Assembly (NCBI GenBank): GCA_048213135.1
Contig: PS015015.1
Location: 158,925-222,924, forward strand
From: Reclinomonas americana ATCC 50394
Taxonomy: Eukaryota
Direction: 5' to 3'
DNA length: 64,000 bases
The translations under genes were made by a program, and so were the position numbers. Of this stretch, positions 1 to 18,252 are shown piece by piece (the stretch's first letter is position 1; each line of letters opens with the position of its first letter). Under the pieces are notes generated by a model. That model saw only the letters and a program-made list of their open reading frames with translations, was not told where the DNA came from and searched no databases.

Positions 1-855
1 GACTTGTTGGTGGAGAGCGTGCTGGAGAATGCCGAGGCAGTGCGCGACTGGGTGCACTCTCGTCGCCTGCCGCCGGTGGCCGAGCTCAACGAGGGCACGT
101 ACGAAGCGATTTCGGAGGACACTCGCAACACGTACCTGTTGATTGCGTCGTCGCAGTTGCCGGGGTCCATGGAGAGGTTCTTTTTTGCGCATAGCTCGTG
201 CATCTGTTGACGTGGATTCTTACCTTCTCCTTGTTGCGCCAGTGCACGCAACCTGCTGACGGGGCCTGCGCGAGCTGATCGCAGTCGCCTGTTTGCGGTG
301 ATTGACTTTTCCAAGTACGAGCGCTTCATCGAGAGCACGCTGAGCACGTCGGCCACCGAGCTGCCCGTCATCATGCGCATCGATTTCAAGGAGAGCACCT
401 TCCAGAAGATGTCGGCCGCCTCGCGTGGCGACAATAACCTCATCTCGGAGGAGCAGCTGCACGAGTTCATTCGCCAAGCCGAGGCCGGCGACATTTCGTC
501 TTGTTGCGTGCGACTTTTGTTGGGTGTGGACGCGATCGATTCTTGTCTTCTCTCACGTCTTGCTTGTTACACCAGCGTCGTTCGGTGGTGGCGTGTTCTC
601 TGGGCTGTGGAATGCGGGCAAGAAGTTCTTGGTGCGTCACGATTCTCTTGTACCCCTCCCTCACCTGCATTTTGTTCACGCTTGTGTGTGTGTGCGCGCG
701 CGCAGATCTACATTGGCCAGAACCCGTCCGTCGGTGTCAGCATTGTGCTGGCCTACATTGCCGTCATGGGTCTCCTGGTGTACGTCTTCCGCCGCATGAG
801 CTCGGGCGACGACAAGGACGACAAGCCGGCCGTCAAGGACAAGGACAGCGACGGT

Positions 856-887
<32 letters not shown>

Positions 888-1011
888 GGCCGACGGCAAG
901 AAGGGAGACGACAAGCGGAAACCGAAGAAGGCCAGTGCGGCGGCGGAGGGTAGCGCAGCGGTGCCGGCAGCCACGGTGCGTGCCAAGCAGGGCGAGGCCA
1001 AGCAAGACTAG
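1..1011 (+). CDS. 5'-truncated ER membrane protein, probably thioredoxin-fold/PDI-like (TMX3-like) with C-terminal TM helix and acidic tail
   Basis: Four exons joined by GT-AG introns: ...WVHSRRLPPVAELNEGTY...RLFAVIDFSKYERFI...LHEFIRQAEAG..., then TM segment VGVSIVLAYIAVMGLLVYVF, poly-E tail, ending AKQD-TAG at 1011. The family call rests on architecture only. Confidence 0.45.
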
Positions 1012-1100
1012 ACGAGAAAATAGCCGTGAATGGATGTAGCGAGAAATACAACAGCGCGAAAGAATCAGGGGAACAGGCTCTTCATTGCCTTCGCTGCAGC

Positions 1101-5111
<4,011 letters not shown>

Positions 5112-5781
5112 GCCTCCGTCAATACAATAATCCGATGATTGATTGGTGGGACAGCAATCAAGCATGTCTTTCTCGAAGTGCGTGTTGCAGGTGGCGTCGA
5201 CACCGTGCGATGAGTTCTGTTGTGTTGAGCGTTGCAGAAGTGGCACTGCTTGTCGCAATGCACTGGCATGATCGACGTCGACATCGACGTTGCTGAAACT
5301 TGCTTCGAATTCCCTCGCCGACGTGGTATGCAAGTTTGTATAACACGCTACACTACGGTACCCATGCTGACCGTGCAGCTGTGAGCACGCATGAGTCGCT
5401 GCTGTCGACGTCGTGCATATCTTGGGACTTTTCGCTGCTCCACATTGTGCGCATGCTCCCTCTGCTAAAGAACTCACACCGCACATTAGCAGTACATTTA
5501 CAGATGCAGTGCCTTGCGTCAGCCGCAACAGCGATTGCATTTATAGTCGCGTGAAGCTCACGTCCTACGAACCGTTACAATCTTGTGCGACGTTACGAAA
5601 TCATTGCTTTTTCGTGTGGTGTGCGCTGAGTGAGCGAGTGCGAGTGAGAGAGGAGGCGTACAGGGGAGTGCAAAGAGGGTTGCAGTCTCGTTGAGAAGCG
5701 TGTGTGTGTGAGTGCGTGTTGTCGACCGCACAACTCCACATAGCCGCTCTTTCCTGTGTGTGTTTGTTTGAGTGAGGATTG

Positions 5782-5819
<38 letters not shown>

Positions 5820-5870
5820 CTCTGTGTAGAGTGACTTGAGAGAGCGTTCAGGCCAGAAAAGTAACACGCC

Positions 5871-8800
5871 ATGGACGCTGAGGATACGAGTGCGGCCGAG
5901 ACAGGTCCGCTGGAAGTGCGCATTTGCTCCAAGAACTGGCGCACTCGCGCTGCTGTTGCGTCTCCACACACACACACACACACTCTCTCTCATACACGCA
6001 CATACTCTGTCATCATCACTCACTCTCTCGTGCACACAACAGGCGTTTGATGAGGTGAAAAAGGCATTTGCCATGGCCGAGGACAGTCGCGACTCGGTGT
6101 TCCGTGAGTACCAGTCGGCCATGGTGGCTGCACCACGTGATTCCAATCAAGCCGCGCAAGACAAGGGCCTCGAGGCACTGTTGGTCTTCCTCGAGCGATC
6201 AGATCTGGCTGCAGAGTTGCGCATTTGGCCACGACAACTCCCCTCTCATTCTCCCTCTCCTATCCTCCCTGTTCTTCTCCTTCTCTCTGTTCTTCTCCTT
6301 CTCCCTGTTCTTCTTCTCCTCTCTGTTCTTCTCCTCCTCACTGTTCTTCTCCTCTCTGTTCTTCTCCTGCTCCCTGTTCTTCTCCTTCTCTCTGGTCTCC
6401 TCCTCCCTCTATTTCCACCTCCCTCTCTCCTCCCTCTCCCTCTCCCTCTCCCTATCGCTGACCACCCCTCTCCATCACGACCGCCNNNNNNNNNNNNNNN
6501 NNNNNTGCCGAGCTCGAGGCGCTCTTCGAGTCGCACCCGAAGGGCTCGGCAGAGGCCACGCGCTTCAAGCAGTCGGAGCTGCTGGCGCGGCAACGTGCTG
6601 CCGAGAGCGGCGTGGTGAATACCGTGTCCGCGTCCGTGGGCAGCTCCTCCGCCGCCGGACCCTCGGGCGTGGCGCAAGTCACGATCGAGGTGGATCCACT
6701 CGAGTTTGTCGACCCGATCGACATTTTGGCCAAGGTGCCGGCGGACTTTGTCGACCGGCTGGTGCGTCTGTAGTGATTTGACGTGTCGTTTCTTCTTCCC
6801 TTCTACTCACACAAGCGCGCGCACACAGCAAGCGAAAAAGTGGTCGGACAAGAAGCAGGCACTCGACGAGTTCATTGGTCTGTCGGGTGTCCCCAAGATC
6901 GTGCCCGGCGACTTCCACGAGCTGGTCGGCGAGTTCAAGAAGCTGCTCAACGACGCCAATGTGGTGGTGGTGGCCACCGCCGCCCAGTGCATTCGCAATC
7001 TGGCCAGTGGCCTCCAGCGCGACTTCCAGCCGTACGCGCGCCCACTGGTCTCCGTCCTCATCGACAAGCTGAAGGACAAGAAGACGAATGTCGTCGACAC
7101 GTGCCGTGGAGCCCTGGAAGCCATGTTTGGCAGCCGCTCGCTCTCCCTGGCCGACTGTCTCGATGGTACGAGTCGCTGCTGCCTCCGCTGTCTCTCTCAC
7201 ACGCACTTTGCTCACCTGTGCGATAGACATTGCCGGCGGTCTGCACCACAAGACGCCGCAGGTGCACAGCGAGACGATGAAGGCACTGCACAAGTTCTTC
7301 TCTGGCGCTCGCCGCGAGGACTTCAAGGGCATTGTGAAGCCGACTGCCGCCATGTTGATGAAGGTGCTGTGCTGTGCTGTGCTGTGCGGTGCTGCCACCT
7401 GCCGATCGCATCTCACCTCGTCCATGATTCCCGTTCCCGCAGGCCACCGACGACAGTCTGGCCGAGTGCCGCGACTGGGCCTGCAACTGCATTGCATCCA
7501 TGATGCGCATACTCGGACGACCCACCGTCGAACCGCATTTGGAGGGGTGCGTGTGAGAGCTCTCTTCCCTCCGCCCCCTGTGCATGCGCTCACCGACGCA
7601 TGCATCGTGCAGGCTCGACAAGATCAAGCTCAACAAGGTCGACGAATACTTCAACCAGTCGGGCAGCGGCGGCTCGTCGAGCTCCGCTGCACCGTCGCTG
7701 TCCATCACTGTTGCGTCGGCGTCGCAACCATCGAGCCCGGCCGCCTCCAAGCCACCGTCGGCCACGAATCGTCGTGTGGTGGCCTCGGCACCGTCGTCGC
7801 CGGCCAGTGACAGCAACGGCGATGCGGAGATTGCGCCGCGTTCTCCTGCCGCGTCGTCGGCTGCCAGTGGTCGCAAGGCCTCGGTGGCTGAGTCGCCGTC
7901 TGGCGCACGTCCGCCCTCGGCCCGCCCCGCATCTGGCAAGAGTTGCGTCACATTATTTTCTTCGAGGCGGTGCGTCGCTGAGCTGCTACTCATTCTTTCC
8001 TCTCACCTGCAGTTGGCAAACGAGGCCCGCCGTCGTCATCAGCAAGCGCTGGTGCGTCATCAAGTGGCCCGCCAGCGGCTCGCAAGCCCGATCGCCCAGC
8101 TGCTGCCTCGAGCCGAGGCGGTGCATCGTCGTCGTCGGGGCCCTCGGAGCCAGTCGATGATGGTCCAGAAGTCACCGACTCGGATGCCGTGGCGGCGCTG
8201 GCCGACATTGTGCCTGCCGAAGTGCTCACCAATCTCGAGAGCAAGCAGTTCAAGGAGCGCATGCAAGGTGCCGTGTGTCGGGAGGAGCGTCATGTTTCAC
8301 TCTTGTTCAAATCATGTCGAGCTTAAGTTTTGCTTGCTTCTTGTGTCAGGCATGGAGGACTTGACAACGTTGGTTGCTGGTCTCGGCGACAACGTGGTGT
8401 CGCAATACTCGAACCACTTTGTGGCGCTGGTCGCTCGCGCTCCCGGCTTCAAGGACACGAACTTCCCGTGCCTGACCGCCAAGTTCGAGCTGGTGGCCAC
8501 GATTGCGCCGCGTTGCGCCACCATCAGCCGTCGCTCTGCGTCGACAGTGGTGTCTGGTGAGAGAATGGGATTGAGAGTGCCTGCGTACCATCGCGATCTC
8601 ACGCACTGTGTGATGCAGGTCTCGCCGACAAGATCTCCGATCCGAAGCTCAAGGGCGTTCCCGGCCGCTGCCTGATGGCGCTGTCGGAAGCTGTGACGCC
8701 GCGCTACGTGGCCGGAGTACTGCTGCGCAATGTCGATGGAGCCAAGTGCGTATGCAACTCTGTCAAGTGAGCGGAATGCCGGTGACCTCACTTTGATTTT

Positions 8801-11800
8801 GTCGCAGGAACCCCAAGGTAATTTCGTCGGCATTGGAGTGGCTCAACGAGGCGCTGGACGACTTCACGCCCGCCATGTTCGACATCCGCACCTTGATTGA
8901 CACGACCAAGAAGTGTCTCATTGAGCAGACAAACCCGGCGGTCAAGGCCGCCTGCATTGCCATTGTGGGCACGCTGCGCAAGTTGCGTCAGAGACACACA
9001 CACACTTACGTTGACGGTTACCGATGACGTGCGTGCTCATGCGAGACTCGTCGACAGGCATCTCGGTCCGCCAGTGGCCGATTTCTTTGCGGGCCTCCCT
9101 GCTGCGCAGCAGCAAGTCGTCGACCGCGAAATTGCGCGGATTGCCGAGGAGTTCCCCACGCCGCTCGCTCTGGCCGGTGAAGGACCGAAGCGATCTGTGC
9201 ATGCTCCGGGTGCGGAGAATGTGGTGCTCGGCGGAGCAGGAGGTGAGATTCCGAGCAGTGTTCGTTGCTTCGCACTGTTTGTCACTCACCTCTGACCCTT
9301 GCAGGTGACTTGCTTCCTCGCAACGATATCACGAACGAGATCAAGGCTCGCACGCTCGCCATTATTGTGGAGGAGAAGGAGAAGTGGCAAGACCGCGTGG
9401 CGGCCTTGAAGGAGATCGAGGGCATCTTCAACGCCGCCGGCAACCGCATTTGCGGCAGCATTGGCGAACTCGTGCGCTCCATCAAGCGCTGCCTCAGCGC
9501 CAAGAACCTCAATGTGGTCTCCTCGTCGCTCCAGCTACTGGCGTTGACGGTGACGGCCTACGGTCCCGACTTTGACAAGTACGTCAAGGTGGTGCTGGGT
9601 GCGACGATGCAGAAGCTGGGTGACGCCAAGACACACATTCGTGCGGCCGCTCTGGCCGTTGTGGATGCGTGCGCCGCCGAAGTGCAGTTTGACCATTTGG
9701 TACGTGGCGGGGTGAGATGAGTTTTCTGTTGTTGCACGACGGTGTGGCTGGCTGACACGGAAGGGTGATGCAGATCGCCGATGCCGCCGCCAGCTTGGCC
9801 AACGAGTCGCCAGTGTTGCGAGTCGAGCTGTGCCAGTTCTTGCTGAAGAACATGCAGGCACTGTACTCGGAGCACGTGCAGCTGGGCCCACTGGTGAAGC
9901 CAGTTATCAATCTGTTGTCGGTGCGTCACACTCTTGTCGTCGAGTCGCTAAAGATGGCGAGCTGTCGCAAATCTGTTGACAATGAGTGTGTGTGTGCGCG
10001 CACGCAGGATCGCTCCCCCGACGTGCGCCGTGTGGGCAGCGAGCTCATGGTGCCAATCATTCACCGTGTTGGCGTCGAGTCCGTCCGCCGTGCCGTGCGC
10101 GACCTGAAGACCGCCGTGCAGCAGTTGGTGTCGCCGGTGGTGGAGCGGTGTGCGTCACAGCCTGTTCCCGACGGCATCATGCTGCCGACGCACTCGGATG
10201 CCGACCACTCGGCGGCCACCCCGTCGTCGGCGTCGTCTTCGCACACATCGTCAAGCGTCACCACCACAACAACGACCACCACTACTGCGCCGACTGCGGC
10301 ACTGGGCAAGTCCACTGCCGCTGACTCGGACAAGGAGAATCGTCCAAACACAGCCGGCAGCATGTCGGCCACTGGCTCGGTGACTGCGCGTGGCAGCGGA
10401 GGCGCAGCACGTGGTGCTCGTCCGGTGAGTGTGTTCTGTTCCCTCGTGCAGTTTGTGTGTCTCTAGTTGGCCAGACCATAGACAGCGCATCGTCTCTTGC
10501 TTCTCCTATTCGCCGTCTGTCACACTCGTGTTCACATTGCTCTGTGTATGTGTGTGTATGTGTGTTTTGTGCACTTTTTGTGTTTTCCCCTTGTAATCGA
10601 CCAGATGAAGGGCCTTAACAACGTGTCCACGCAGGCTCCTGCCCGAAAGGCATCGGCACCGAACGTGGGCACGTCGGCGGCCATTGAGAAGGCGGCGGCT
10701 TTCAAGGCCAATGATCAAAAGGTGAGCGGCCGATCATCGCCGTGTGCGCCCCTGCACGGCATTCCTCCTCATGCTGGTGTTGTGCAGGAAGCACGCGCTC
10801 GCCGTGAGCGCAAGATCAAGTGGCAGTTTGAGGAGCCGCGCCCCGAGTTTGTCGGTGTGTATGTGTGCTATTTGTGCTGCCGTCAATCGTCACAAATTGC
10901 TGAATGCGAAACAACAACAACAACAACAACACAGAGATGCTGCGTGAACAACTGACCGCCTGCGTGAGCGAAGGAATTCTCGGCAAGATGATGTCGAACG
11001 ATTTCAAGCTGCACGTTGAGGCGCTGGCAGACATGCAGGCGTCGCTCACGACCCAAGCAGAGGAGGTCATCCAGTCGCTGGACGCCATTCTCAAGTGGTG
11101 CTCCCTGCGCATGTTTGACTCGAACACGACGCCGGTGATGAAGACGATTGAGTTTGTGTCGGCCCTGTTTGCCATGCTGGCACAACACCAGTTGCGTCTG
11201 CGAGGATGCGCACAACGAGCACGAAGCGGTCTTTCTTGCCTCTGACTCATTCTGTGATCGCCACGCAGATATGTGCTGTCGGAGTTCGAGAGCTACTTGT
11301 TCCTGCCGTTCTTTATCGACCGCCTCGGCTCCAACAATGCACACGTTCGCGCTGCCATGAAGGAGCTTGTCAAGGTGTGAACGCGGCACTGAGTATGTGT
11401 TAGCCGTGCACAGCATTTTGACCCATCTCTGCTCAGGTGTCGCATGACGTCTGCAACACGTTCCGTCTGTTCACCTACATCATGCGCGGATTGGAGAGCA
11501 AGAACTCCAAGACGCGTGCCGATTGCATCGAGGAGGCCACTGTCATGGCCCAGAAGTACGGTTTGGCGGGCGTGGCGCAGAATCCGGAGCGCGTCCTGCG
11601 TTCCGTCACCGCCAACCTCAAGGATCGCGACAACAACGTGCGACAAGTCACGCTTGCGTTCACCGAAATCGCCTATGCACAGCTCGGTATGTTGGACGCG
11701 CACACTTCACTCTCCCGCTGTTGTCTCTAAAACAGTGCGTGCCACCAACGCAGGCGAGGACATGTGGCGGTCGTTGAAGGCGCTGCCTGATCCACACAAG

Positions 11801-14634
11801 GCCATGATCGAGGAGCGTCTCAAGTACTCGCATGTGGTGCCGGGCTCGATGGCCAGTGGCGCACAAGCAGCACAGGCGGCCGATGAAGACACGGCTCAGT
11901 CGGGCTCGCTGTTCTCTTCCGACGACGAGGACGACGATGGCGAGGCGGAGGAGCAACCGACCCGCGGCTTTGGCGGTGCAGCTGCTCGTCTGCCGGCGGC
12001 GGCTCGCGGTTTGCCCGGCAGTGTGCTGGCGCAGCACATTCGTGCGCAGTCCACCGAGTCGCACGACTCATTCGGCAGCAGCTTGGCCGATCACGCCCCA
12101 GCTCACGTTGCCATGGGTCCGCCGGCGCCAGTGTCGTCAATGCACGCGGTGTCGCGGTCGATTGGCTCGACTCCTGTCAGCCAGTCGGGCGACGAGGTGG
12201 TGCACCCGATGGGACCACCGGTGCCGGTGATGCAGCAGCAGTCGTCGCAGCCGGCACTGCGTCGTGTCGACGAAACCCCACAAGTTCCCTCGCGCCGTGC
12301 GTTTACTCCGCAGTTTGACGAGGCACCGACTCCGCAGTTGCCGTATCGTGCAGCCAAGTGCGTCAGCATGTGTTTTGTCGTTCGTGGCAAGGTCACTTGT
12401 GCTCACCCACTGGGGTTTTATGACACAGTTTGGTGGGTCTTCGCGTGGTCGAGGAGGATCGCAGTCCGGTCGACTTGATCAGCGAGTTGATGAGCAGCAC
12501 CGACGACGACGCCGTTGTGGAGAGTCTGCGACGAGTGTGCAACAAGCTCAACTCGGAGGAGCAGTCGATCTTGCCTGTGGTGCAGCAGCTGGTCAACGCG
12601 TTGACCCTGCAGCTCCAGCGCGGATTCTCGAGCACCCGCGACTTCCCGCAGCGCATGTGCAAGTACGCGCTGAATACGCTCATGCAATTGTTCTCACGCA
12701 AGACGATTGCGGCGGCGGTCACTAGCGAGTCGCAGAGTGCCCTGGTGCACGAGCTGCTCAAGGTACTTGCGGTTTCACTGCCAATTCCTCCCGTCACTCT
12801 GTAGTCTGTCAGTCTGACCCCACGCCCTGCAGCGTCTGCTGGACCCGAATCTCACGGACCTGCCCGACGGCCAGACGCTTCTGCGCGGCCTCAACACGCT
12901 GATGCACAAGTTGTTGGAGAACAGCGACCCGAATATTTCATTCGGCACGCTGTTCGGCATCCTCAGCTCGTGCCTCAACGAGCACCTGCACACCAACGAC
13001 GGCAACGGTGACGCCGAGTCGCCGGAGAACAAGACCATCGAGTTGCTGGCCAAGTGCATTCTGCGCATGACCAAGAGCATCCGACAGACCGACCGTGGAG
13101 TCGATCTGGCGGCCATTCTCAAGCAGCTGCACGCGTTCTTTGTCGCCCACCCGCCACACACGATCAAGAACCGCTACAATGACCTGCCGATCCGCACGGC
13201 CAAGACCGTGATCAACGAGCTGGTGCGGTGTCACGGTACACGCGTTCTGGAAGTGTGCGACGGTTTGCTGGCTGCCAGCGAGCTGGAGCACTCTGACGAG
13301 GAGCCCATTATTCGCCAGTACGTCGACATGATGATCCGCAACAATGCCACTCGGCACGGCTCTGGTGGTGCGTTCGCATTCTTGTCATTATCTCTCACTA
13401 GATGGAGTGCTGACCGACGCCTGCGCTGCTCCACAGATTCGTCGGCCTCCTCATCCTCCGACCGGCCGCCATTAGCGTCTGCCGGCAGCTCCGGTAGCAT
13501 CACCGGCACCGCCGTGTCGACCATGCCGACTGCCAACGGCGATGGGCGACCAACGACGGCGCCAGCGCGCATCGACGACACTGCTGCGGCTGGTTTGCCG
13601 GCGCAGGAAGACGGGGCGACCGACGGTGACGATGCAATCTCTGCTGCGCAACAGGACGCAGGGCAGCAGAATTCGTCGCAGCCGGGCAAGGTGCTGACGC
13701 CCAACAAGCGTTTGGCTGACATTTTCCGCAAGGTCGGCAACAAGAACACCACTCGCGAGGGACTGCGTGACTTGCACGCATTCCGCCTCGACAACCCAGA
13801 CGCCAACCTCAATCCGTTCCTGGAGAAGATGTCCAAGCCCTTCCAGCAGTACATTTGGAGGAACTTGGAGAAGTTGGAGAAGGTCTCGGAGGACCGCCGC
13901 AATCGCTCGAGCATCATCGCTTCGGGTGACGGTGGTGACGTGTCGTCGCCGTCTGCCGCCGGCCCCATGCCCGCTGCATCCGCGCTGCCACCAGCACCGG
14001 GACCCGCGTCATTTACGCCATCACGCACGTTGCCGTCGAGACCGTCGACGGCGAGCGCTGCGGCCCCACCAATGCGCACATCGGCCGCCGAACTGGCCGA
14101 GATCAAGAACCGCCTCGACAGCCTGCGGCAGAACAAGCGTTGCGTGAACGCGGGAAGCACATGAAAAAATTGTTTGTCTATGCACTCACGATGCCGCGTT
14201 CTGTATGCACAGCCACGAGCCAGTCGGTGGCCCTGGATCCACCAGTGTCGTCAGTGATGGCCGCGAACGCCAATGCCAACGCGGCCAGTGCTGCTGCCTC
14301 CATTGGCTCACCGGCCGTCGATTCCAGTGCCGTGCTCGAGCGGTCGCGCCGGCTCTTGATGAAGTTGGCCGAGTCGCAGCAACACCAGCGTCCAGGCTCA
14401 ACCTCACCATCACCGGCAACGTCGGTGGCGTCGGAGGATGGAATGGGTTCGGCACCGAACTCGCGACCGTCTTCGGCACTCGGTGCCGCGTCGCCCATTC
14501 CGCGAAATCCGTCGCCAGTGTCGATGCACTCGATGGCCAGCCTGGATGAGCAGACTCCGGCGTCCCCGGACCCGACCAAGAGCAAGCCGTCGTTGGCCGA
14601 TATCAAGGCCCGACTGGCACGGTTCCGCAAGTGA
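5871..14634 (+). CDS. CKAP5: XMAP215/chTOG/Dis1 microtubule polymerase (multi-TOG)
   Basis: N-terminus LEVRICSKNWRTRAAAFDE...DSNQAAQDKGLEAL. TOG starts KKWSDKKQALD, SKQFKERMQG and EKWQDRVAALKE, plus KWQFEEPRPE, ILKWCSLRMFDSNT and GLESKNSKTRADCIEE. Ends LADIKARLARFRK-TGA. Part of TOG1 is lost in gap 6486-6505. Confidence 0.93.
6268..6410. repeat. ~18-bp pyrimidine minisatellite (ctgttcttctccttctcy) x ~8 in chTOG intron 2
   Basis: Directly visible degenerate tandem units. Confidence 0.85.
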
Positions 14635-15146
14635 GCGAGACGAAAGGGAGTGAGTGAGTGAGTGAGTGAGTGTTAATGTTTCAATGGTTTGGGGTTTTTT
14701 GCGGATGGTCGCATCGAATGTGGATACAGCAGCGTGTTGGACGCGCGGCGTGTATTCTTGTATCGCACCTGAAGTATGGGAGAGTGTACACACGCGATGG
14801 TTGCCTGGAAACGCGACAACGAGGCGCTAAGTTGTGATTTCACGACGTTTTACGAAGCCTCACGCGACTACTACTTTCGGTTGTATGCACAATAGGACGA
14901 GGGATTCTTGACAGAGAAAAGGGAGGAGCGAGGACGAGTAGGAGCAAAGCACACACACACACACACACAGAACAGGAAACAAATGCATACATATTTTTGT
15001 GGCAACATGGACAAGCAGACGGACAAGGCGACAGGCAGACAGGAGAGATGCACCACACAACACAGTTGTGCATGCTAATCCTCCAGTCCCGCCGCCGCCC
15101 TTGCCGCATCGGCCCCACACCCCGCGATAGCAGAACGAATTCCGCT

Positions 15147-17787
<2,641 letters not shown>

Positions 17788-18252
17788 GAGGCAAGGTAAG
17801 CGAAAGCGTGCCGGTTGAGCGGCCGGATCGCTGAATAGAGGGAATTGAGAGTTGACTCCAACGAGGCCTGCCGGTGCACACGGTGCGACCAACCTGGGTT
17901 CTCCGAGTGCGAAAGAATACGCGGAGGTATGCGGCATAGGTGGATCTGCCGCGATCGTGTCGGAAGATTGCAAGTCGGCTTCAATTTTTGCAGTTGTTTC
18001 CGGACCCGGCTTTCCCAGCTCGCCGACTGGCTGGCTGGCCTTCCACCCCAAGCTTCTACGCTCTACGATACAACTGTTACCTCTAAGAGCGCACTTGTCA
18101 TCCTGTGAGTATTTTTCTGTGCTTGTTGTTGTTGTAGTTGTATTTCACATGAACAGGATTCCTTCTTGCTTCTCTCTCGTACATCAACACACAGTGCGTG
18201 CGGGTCATTGGCTAACGCACTGGCGGATCTCTCTCTCTCTTTCCTGTGACAC

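Noticed and set aside
5781-5818. (GT)n/(CA)n/(GA)n tracts as mobile elements or intron-generating elements
   Set aside because: They are simple microsatellites. Introns in unrelated genes share no extended sequence or terminal repeats beyond the splice signals.
6225-6677. Leu-rich and Arg-rich repetitive ORFs, or a CRISPR-like array
   Set aside because: These are translations of an intronic 18-bp minisatellite with no unique spacers, in a eukaryotic context.
9243-9304. Possible non-GT donor in chTOG (AGT G|ttcg)
   Set aside because: An upstream canonical GAG|gtgaga donor in the correct phase explains the junction.
13231-14630. Long antisense ORFs over chTOG and other genes
   Set aside because: These are shadows of GC-rich coding exons, with no recognisable motifs or independent splice structure.
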